Notes under the pieces: model-generated | Seen by the model: the letters and a program-made list of their open reading frames with translations, nothing else | The model's database searches: none | What the model was told of the DNA's origin: nothing | Origin: an uncultured Lachnospiraceae bacterium | GTDB lineage: Bacteria; Bacillota; Clostridia; Lachnospirales; Lachnospiraceae | DNA: 24,000 nucleotides | Assembly: GCA_910579285.1 (NCBI GenBank) | Contig: CAJTTT010000003.1 | Location: 21,475 to 45,474, forward strand | Reading direction: 5' to 3' | Program-made: the position numbers and the translations under genes | Part shown: positions 9,368-14,470 of the stretch, piece by piece | How the letters are laid out: every line of letters begins with the position of its first letter | Position numbering within the stretch: position 1 is the first letter of the stretch

Positions 9368-9404
9368 TTTTTTGTATGATGTTTATTGAGTGAGGATTAA
9401 TCAA

Positions 9405-9950
9405 ATGTTGGAAGTATTTTTAAAGGTGATGGACAAAATACATATTAAAGAAATAGCCTTTTCTGTATTAGTTGTCTGCGGAATTATTTTGTTTGTCCCA
9501 GATACTTTTATGGAGACATTAGGGTTATTCTTGTGGCGGGATAAATATAGAAGCTTGGTGGGACTGATATTTTTATTCTGTTTAACATGTTGCATAGTAT
9601 GGCTTTTCATTTATTTGAAAAGAGAAATAAGCCACGGGAACTTGCGGTTAAGGAGAGTAACAAGGAAATATTTAAAGAGTCTTATATCGACAGAGGAGAA
9701 AAATTTTTTGATTGAAAATTATTATGACCCTACAATGAAAGAGTTTTCTAATATGGCGAGAGTTGATTTAACTAGCGGAAATGTTGTTTCATTATCAGTA
9801 GCACATATAATTTATACGGGTAACAGAATGGGTCATGGACCTACTAATTGGTCATATAATTTACAACCTAGTGTTAGGATGTATCTTAATAAAGCTGTTC
9901 GCAAAAAGAAAATTGTTGTAGACAAAGATGGATATACATGGAATTTATGA
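9405..9950 (+). CDS. Two-TM membrane protein, possibly superinfection-exclusion SieB-like (function unverified)
   Basis: Starts 37 nt after hsdS on the same strand, with AGGA about 8 nt upstream of ATG 9405. Two hydrophobic helices (IAFSVLVVCGIILFV and SLVGLIFLFCLTCCIVWLFIYL) precede a basic stretch and a soluble tail of about 110 aa. The resemblance to the SieB family layout comes from memory, not from a search. Confidence 0.65.
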   Translation: MLEVFLKVMDKIHIKEIAFSVLVVCGIILFVPDTFMETLGLFLWRDKYRSLVGLIFLFCLTCCIVWLFIYLKREISHGNLRLRRVTRKYLKSLISTEEKNFLIENYYDPTMKEFSNMARVDLTSGNVVSLSVAHIIYTGNRMGHGPTNWSYNLQPSVRMYLNKAVRKKKIVVDKDGYTWNL

Positions 9951-10227
9951 TTATAAGGCTTGTTTAAAATAGAAACAAATACAAAACACCTGTAACGACA
10001 GAAGTGGTTAAAATTAATAAAAGACTTTTCATATACAATTTCCTCAAAATTGTTTTAACGGGGCAAAAAAAAGAAGATTCTGAAAAGAAAATCCAGAAGC
10101 AGGTAGCGAAGTACGAAAGAGATTTAAGGTACGGCGGAATTGATTGTAATGGAAATTTTACGCGTCTACATAATAGAAATGAAATATATTACTAACGATA
10201 TCTGCTTTTTAACAATTTACAGAAATA

Positions 10228-10785
10228 ATGGAGGATATTATTTTGGAACCAGCAGAAGCATGGAATGTAATCATTTTATTGGTACAGGCAGCAATACTTA
10301 TATGGCAAGTAATTTTAAGTAAGCAAATTCATAAGCAAACGATATCAAAAGAAAAAGGCTATTTTATTATTGATAGGACAAATGCTATCGTGCCAGAAGA
10401 AAATAGAAACGATGTTGCTGGAATATTTAATCTGAAAAGTAAAAATGGAATTAGGTTTTATGTGTCAGGAAATGCCGATGTTATTGTTTGTGATTCAGGG
10501 TATTCAATAAATGGCATTGTCCGTAAAAATTATGCAACACCAAGTGATGCCTATTTTACATTAGATGATAGATTCAATAAGTTCATTATTGAAATAGAAA
10601 TTTCTGATAATGAGGAAAAGCAAAAACAGCTTGATTTTGAATTTGTTTTTAAACTTAAAAATGCCATTGGATATAAATATGCGGAGAAAATAGATGTAAC
10701 ATTTGAGAAAATGGAAGGCGGCGCTTCTATATGGGGAATTAGGAAATACAATACAATGTTTTTAAAATGGAATCAGGTAAAATAA
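10228..10785 (+). CDS. Single-pass membrane-anchored protein of unknown function (185 aa)
   Basis: The ORF has island-like composition. An N-terminal hydrophobic helix AWNVIILLVQAAILIWQVIL is followed by a soluble region that looks beta-rich. An alternative start is TTG 10243, with GGAGG 8 nt upstream. I recognise no family. Confidence 0.6.
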   Translation: MEDIILEPAEAWNVIILLVQAAILIWQVILSKQIHKQTISKEKGYFIIDRTNAIVPEENRNDVAGIFNLKSKNGIRFYVSGNADVIVCDSGYSINGIVRKNYATPSDAYFTLDDRFNKFIIEIEISDNEEKQKQLDFEFVFKLKNAIGYKYAEKIDVTFEKMEGGASIWGIRKYNTMFLKWNQVK

Positions 10786-10803
10786 AATGAAAGCAGAAAG
10801 ACA

Positions 10804-10905
10804 ATGGGTAAATTAGATGTTATTGAAATGCACAGGAATTGTTTAGATTTTCTTTTAAAATGGCAGTTAGAACATGAAGATTTTTACTTTGTGCCTAGAA
10901 AATAA
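10804..10905 (+). other. Out-of-frame 33-codon segment that reads as the N-terminus of the downstream nuclease-like gene
   Basis: ATG 10804 gives MGKLDVIEMHRNCLDFLLKWQLEHEDFYFVPRK, then TAA at 10903. The downstream ORF's frame is open back to 10899 (KINNNGRRDKG-MYFRG...). A -1 shift in AGAAAATAA joins the two into one continuous plausible sequence. Confidence 0.45.
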
Positions 10906-10931
10906 ATAACAACGGCAGGCGTGATAAAGGC

Positions 10932-11768
10932 ATGTACTTTCGTGGTAATGATGATTATATTGTGATTTCATTCTGGAATAAAACAGATGTAGTTGACAAG
11001 ATTTATCTGATTAATTGGGATTGCAATACATCAGGAGAAGTATCTATTACCCTGTCTTGTCGGAATGACCCCAAGAAGTTGCCTTATATTCTTGCGATTA
11101 AAGATATGATAGAGGACACGGGCAAGAAGTTTGAGCAATTTTCGCCAAATAAAAATAAATGGAAATGGTATTATCCTGCGGATATGACTTACATAGAAAC
11201 TCTGGAGGATTTTATTACGCATGAGAAACCTATGATTGATAAGTACCTGCTTGAACACCCTGAAAGCGACATACCTTTAGCAGACACGGAGATTGATGAT
11301 AAGTATGTAAAAACAATTTCTGGGTATTATGACCATGTTACAGATATTTTAATACAGAAGAAAGCAGGGAATGTGGAAGCAGTCAAGTCTGAATATATAA
11401 TGACGCTGAAGCATAACAACCTTTCAAATGAGATGGTGAAGTATTTGAAATGTAAAGGCTATACTGATGTTGTTACAGATAAGGACTTTGTTGATATTCA
11501 GGCTGTAGACCCACAGGGTAATAAGATATATTTTGAATTGAAAACAGCGGACACTGTAAAACTGGCTATAAGGCAGGCATTGGGGCAGCTTTTGGAATAC
11601 AATCATTACCCAAACAAAAATAATGCCGACAAACTTATAATTGTGACAGCATTGGAAATTACTCAACAGGATATGCAATATCTGATAGGGATGCGGAGCA
11701 GATATAATATTCCAGTATATTACCAACAATTTGATATGGATAAAAAATTATTGTCAAAAGAGTATTAA
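10932..11768 (+). CDS. PD-(D/E)xK-like nuclease-fold protein with an uncharacterised N-terminal domain; probably frameshifted (full unit 10804-11768)
   Basis: The C-terminal 110 aa show the restriction-endonuclease-like pattern: a helix with Glu (LSNEMVKYL), VDIQAV (Asp), IYFELKT (E-x-K) and AIRQALGQLLEY. There is no convincing RBS before ATG 10932, consistent with an upstream continuation. Confidence 0.65.
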   Translation: MYFRGNDDYIVISFWNKTDVVDKIYLINWDCNTSGEVSITLSCRNDPKKLPYILAIKDMIEDTGKKFEQFSPNKNKWKWYYPADMTYIETLEDFITHEKPMIDKYLLEHPESDIPLADTEIDDKYVKTISGYYDHVTDILIQKKAGNVEAVKSEYIMTLKHNNLSNEMVKYLKCKGYTDVVTDKDFVDIQAVDPQGNKIYFELKTADTVKLAIRQALGQLLEYNHYPNKNNADKLIIVTALEITQQDMQYLIGMRSRYNIPVYYQQFDMDKKLLSKEY

Positions 11769-11791
11769 AGAGAATGTTCATATTAAAAGAA

Positions 11792-11800
11792 TGTTATAAT
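11792..11800 (+). promoter_or_regulatory. Candidate extended -10 element (TGtTATAAT) upstream of the small Asn/Gln-rich ORF
   Basis: TG at 11792-11793 and TATAAT at 11795-11800, 44 nt upstream of ATG 11844. A direct repeat AGAATGTT occurs at 11771-11778 and 11789-11796. I see no good -35. Confidence 0.4.
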
Positions 11801-11843
11801 GAAGACGCTACAAAAATATAGGTCAGGGAAGGAGGATTCAGAT

Positions 11844-12008
11844 ATGAGCAAATGTTCTGGTAATACACACAGCCAGTCACAGATGAACTATCATGCGAAT
11901 CAAGGCAATCCAAACAACAGGGCGCATGTGGTTAGTGCTAATAATCGTTCAAATCAATGCAACCCCAATAATAGCGCTTACCATTCCAGCCGTAGCGGCG
12001 GAAAGTAA
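11844..12008 (+). CDS. Small Asn/Gln/Ser-rich protein (54 aa) with a tandem NQxNPNN motif
   Basis: A strong RBS (AAGGAGGA) lies about 8 nt upstream of ATG 11844. The peptide MSKCSGNTHSQSQMNYHANQGNPNNRAHVVSANNRSNQCNPNNSAYHSSRSGGK contains two copies of N-Q-x-N-P-N-N. It has no hydrophobic core. Confidence 0.5.
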   Translation: MSKCSGNTHSQSQMNYHANQGNPNNRAHVVSANNRSNQCNPNNSAYHSSRSGGK

Positions 12009-12278
12009 ATGAAGAAATGTAATTTCCCGACAGAGAGGTGTCCCGCTTACATCACGGATTTCATCAGTCTGGCAGTGTGCTATGGGGCGAAGGGAATCCG
12101 TGTGACAAAAGAGGAAGAAAGCGCGGCCGCCCTGGAGACGGCGAGACATACGGATAAAGTGCCTACCATCATTGAGTTTATCATAGAACAGGAGGCAGAT
12201 GTATGGCCGATTATCCCGTCGGGCAGGGGGCTGGAGGAGATGCTTGCAGCGGAGGAGATATGCCGCCTAAAGAATTAG
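12009..12278 (+). pseudogene. Orphan C-terminal fragment of an acetolactate-synthase-type (ThDP-dependent, large subunit) gene
   Basis: YITDFISLAVCYGAKGIRVTKEEESAAALETARHTDKVPTIIEFIIEQEADVWPIIPSGRGLEEML matches the conserved C-terminal end of AHAS large subunits (PDFVKLAEAYGAKG..RV ... P.LIE..ID.EENV.PM.P.G). About 470 N-terminal residues are missing. The ATG at 12009 lies inside island-derived sequence. Confidence 0.65.
12010..12025 (+). repeat. Right copy of the 16-bp imperfect direct repeat (TGAAGAAATGTAATTT)
   Basis: 15/16 identity to 3079-3094. It ends exactly where the sequence turns G+C-rich (CCCGACAGAGAGG from 12026). Confidence 0.5.
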
Positions 12279-12283
12279 GAGGA

Positions 12284-12305
12284 GCGGCCCAAACACAGAG
12301 GCCGC
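12284..12305. terminator. GC-rich hairpin between convergent genes (possible terminator)
   Basis: GCGGCC (12284-12289) pairs with GGCCGC (12300-12305) across a 10-nt loop. U-tracts are poor on both strands. Confidence 0.35.
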
Positions 12306-12328
12306 ATGCCCATCCTGAACTCCATCCG

Positions 12329-12913
12329 TTAACGGATCCGGCCGTTTTTGGCTTTGCATATGAGCTGTGTCATGGTGCCCATAGGGCAGTACACGCACCA
12401 GGAGCGGGGCTTGCATAAAATCATGGTGAAAAGCCCCAGTACGGTGGAGGTGAGCATTACGCTGTAGAAGCCGAATGCAAACTGTGCGATGCCATCGGAA
12501 AACAGGGTGCCGTGGTATGCCCAATGCCACGGAAGCTTGAATGTCCAAAGCAGCGTTACCACAGTGCCAAGATCTCTGGCTCCGGCAAAAACCAGCCAGG
12601 TGTTCCACAGCATAAGGAAAAACATGGTGAAGAAAAAGAGTAAAAATCCGTATCGGAAATAGCTGGATTTCATCCATTTTGGGATATCCTTTTTCCGAGA
12701 CAGTCCGAGGCGGCCGCCGAGCAGGGCAAATAACTGCCCTCTGCCGCAATATTTGTTACAGTAAGCTTTATTGCCTTTTATAATCGCTATCAGAAGCGGT
12801 ATAAAGAAGCAGAGCAGGCCAAGCCAAGCAAAGAGGATGTTGAAAAAGCCCAGGATCAGATAGGTAAGCGAGACAATCCAGAGATAATCATACCATTTTT
12901 TCTTTTTTTTCAT
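12329..12913 (-). CDS. Integral-membrane 4Fe-4S-binding protein (Fer4_5-like)
   Basis: True start is ATG at 12913 (MKKKKKWYDY...), with GGAGGTGG upstream. It has multiple TM helices plus Cys motifs YCNKYCGRGQ and SWCVYCPMGT, typical of membrane Fe-S proteins of this family. The ATGA overlap with the upstream ferredoxin stop suggests translational coupling. Confidence 0.8.
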   Translation of the reverse strand: MKKKKKWYDYLWIVSLTYLILGFFNILFAWLGLLCFFIPLLIAIIKGNKAYCNKYCGRGQLFALLGGRLGLSRKKDIPKWMKSSYFRYGFLLFFFTMFFLMLWNTWLVFAGARDLGTVVTLLWTFKLPWHWAYHGTLFSDGIAQFAFGFYSVMLTSTVLGLFTMILCKPRSWCVYCPMGTMTQLICKAKNGRIR

Positions 12914-13107
12914 GCTTCTTCCACCTCCAACGAGAGAATGCTGGCAGGGCATTCTCTGACACATATTCCACATCCGACACACAATGCTTTGTCTACCACG
13001 GCATGGATGCCATCGGGAACGGTGATCGCATGCCGCGGACAAACTTTTACACAGCATCCGCAGGCAACGCATTCCCGGATACTGACAACTGCTTTTTTCT
13101 TTACCAT
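12910..13107 (-). CDS. Small 2x[4Fe-4S] ferredoxin (65 aa)
   Basis: MVKKKAVVSIRECVACGCCVKVCPRHAI...CVGCGICVRECP carries two CxxCxxCxxxCP motifs. AAGGAGCC lies upstream of ATG 13107. The longer track ORF (to 13275) has no support. Confidence 0.8.
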   Translation of the reverse strand: MVKKKAVVSIRECVACGCCVKVCPRHAITVPDGIHAVVDKALCVGCGICVRECPASILSLEVEEA

Positions 13108-13228
13108 AGTAAGGCTCCTTTTTCTTTCATTATACATGATGATACATGAAAAAAGAATAGCCGGACAGAAAAAGGAAGCGGATAGGGCAGCTGCAGGACG
13201 CAGAGGAAAAGTTTGGAACTGATGCCGG

Positions 13229-13915
13229 CTATGCATGGTTTCCAGTTTCCAGACACCACTTTGCAATCTTCTCAATCAATGCCGCGTCGATCTTGCCATA
13301 GGGAATGCGGATCGTTCCCTTATCTGTTTTGTATCCTCGGAGTTCTTCCGCAAAATGCATGACAGCTTCCGGGCCTGGATAAAATCCGATGTGCCCCTTT
13401 GAGGCGGCAAAATGAAGAATATTATGTTTTTTCCAGAAGGTGGGCATACTCCAGGAGATCCGTTCTTCCGCTTCCGGCAGTGCACTGTGGAGAATCTGGC
13501 GGATATACTGCAGTTCTTCCTGCTTGTCTGCATCCTGACGCAGAATGTACTCGTCAATGGTTTTTGGCTTTTCGCCACAGTAATGACTCTGTTCTTTTTT
13601 CTGAAATTCCCTTCCACATTTTGGGCATTTCCACATAGTCGTTTTTTCGCTTTCTCTTTCTTGCAGAACCACTTCGACAACATCGCCAAAGCTCTTGCCA
13701 AGCTGTCTGCGGATCTGTTTGGTAACGCCGATGATGTAACAGGGCGTACCCATTTTTACAACCTGTCCCCGGTAAGGAATGCCGTCGAAAGTGGCATTTA
13801 CAAGCAGGCGTCCTTTGCCAAAGAGCTCTTTGATATCATAGGGGACTTCTACATAAGCGGCATCCATCGTTCCGTTTTGCAGTATTGTCGCACGAAAAGT
13901 CAATTTGTTTTTCAT
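13229..13915 (-). CDS. DUF1905 / DUF1801 (YdhG-like) two-domain protein
   Basis: The N-terminal segment LTFRATILQNGTMDAAYVEVPYDIKELFGKGRLLVNATFDGIPYRGQVVKMG is DUF1905-like. A CPKCG...YCG zinc-ribbon linker follows. The C-terminal segment ISWSMPTFWKKHNILHFAASKGHIGFYPG is DUF1801-like. Confidence 0.8.
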   Translation of the reverse strand: MKNKLTFRATILQNGTMDAAYVEVPYDIKELFGKGRLLVNATFDGIPYRGQVVKMGTPCYIIGVTKQIRRQLGKSFGDVVEVVLQERESEKTTMWKCPKCGREFQKKEQSHYCGEKPKTIDEYILRQDADKQEELQYIRQILHSALPEAEERISWSMPTFWKKHNILHFAASKGHIGFYPGPEAVMHFAEELRGYKTDKGTIRIPYGKIDAALIEKIAKWCLETGNHA

Positions 13916-13965
13916 TTTATGTTCCTGTCCTTTACAAAGATTCCTTTAGAGCTGGTATTCCACTT

Positions 13966-13994
13966 ATTATATGGCATTTATCAAATAATAACAA
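13966..13994 (-). promoter_or_regulatory. Candidate sigma-A promoter for the DUF1905/DUF1801 gene
   Basis: On the minus strand: TTGTTA (13989-13994), a 17-bp spacer, then TATAAT (13966-13971). Confidence 0.4.
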
Positions 13995-14019
13995 TCTCTA
14001 AGGCTTTTGGAAAGTGTAA

Positions 14020-14069
14020 TTGACATTAGTATAACGCTGTGTTATATTTAATGCATAACATAATGTTAT
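14020..14069 (+). promoter_or_regulatory. Promoter with two ATAAC-N5-GTTAT dyads (BlaI/MecI-type operators)
   Basis: TTGACA (14020-14025), a 17-bp spacer, then TATATT (14043-14048). Dyad 1 is ATAACgctgtGTTAT (14031-14045) and overlaps the -10. Dyad 2 is ATAACataatGTTAT (14055-14069) and lies just downstream. Confidence 0.6.
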
Positions 14070-14089
14070 ACATAAAGGAGAAAACGCCG

Positions 14090-14470
14090 ATGACGAATAG
14101 TTTATCCGATGCAGAGTTTGAGATTATGAAAATCATTTGGGAGAACGCGGAGGAGACGACGCTGTTTTCCTATCTTATGGAGGAGCTGGCGGCGCAGGGG
14201 AAGCCCTGCCAGAAAAACACGCTGATTGTCCTGTTATCCAGACTTGTCAGCAAGGGATATCTGAGCGCGACGAAAATCGGACGGCGCAATGAATATGTGC
14301 CCCTTATTTCGGAGCAGGCATATCAGACGGCACAGACCCAGCATTTTATAGATAAAGTCTATGAAGGGAGCGTGAAGGGGCTGGTCACCAATCTGATCGC
14401 AGGAGATCTGCTCACGGAGGAAGAGTATGAGGAGTTGAAAAAACTGCTGGAAGGAGGGAGGAGAGGATGA
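14090..14470 (+). CDS. BlaI/MecI/CopY-family transcriptional repressor
   Basis: LSDAEFEIMKIIWENAE...TLIVLLSRLVSKGYLSATKIGRRNEY is the typical penicillinase-repressor wHTH. AAGGAG lies upstream of ATG 14090. The stop overlaps the next gene's start as ATGA. Confidence 0.9.
   Translation: MTNSLSDAEFEIMKIIWENAEETTLFSYLMEELAAQGKPCQKNTLIVLLSRLVSKGYLSATKIGRRNEYVPLISEQAYQTAQTQHFIDKVYEGSVKGLVTNLIAGDLLTEEEYEELKKLLEGGRRG

Larger units (their letters stand above)
2832..12025. other. Low-G+C genomic island (defence island) without recognisable mobility genes
   Basis: Hand counts of 60-nt lines: 2881-2940 16/60, 3481-3540 19/60, 7021-7080 18/60 and 10381-10440 20/60 G+C. The flanks give 31/60 (1321-1380) and 37/60 (15001-15060). 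The composition switches sharply at 12026. All island genes are on the + strand. Confidence 0.8.

Noticed and set aside
10004-10195. 63-aa ORF (GTG start) in the island gap, and the overlapping 60-aa ORF 10140-10322
   Set aside because: Neither has an RBS or a recognisable motif. Both have low-complexity Lys/Asn-rich composition, as expected by chance in AT-rich DNA. The second overlaps the better-supported 10228 gene. I keep them only as part of the non-coding-gap observation.
2832-12025. Calling the island a prophage, ICE, IS or transposon
   Set aside because: No integrase, transposase, relaxase, phage structural gene, tRNA target or terminal inverted repeats are visible. Only the short direct repeat is present, so I report it as an island rather than a mobile element.
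12267-12749. 160-aa minus-strand ORF and the long N-terminal extensions of ORFs 12329-13072 and 12910-13275
   Set aside because: The 160-aa ORF is an alternative frame of the membrane Fe-S protein gene. The extended starts lack an RBS, whereas the internal ATGs at 12913 and 13107 have GGAGG-type sites and give sensible N-termini.
12903-12910. A8/T8 homopolymer immediately after the start codon of the membrane Fe-S protein gene
   Set aside because: It encodes the MKKKKK N-terminus, a common positive-inside signal. A single 8-nt run without population data is not evidence of phase variation.
13412-14023. 203-aa plus-strand ORF
   Set aside because: It is antisense to the DUF1905/DUF1801 gene, which has recognisable domain signatures, an RBS and a promoter.
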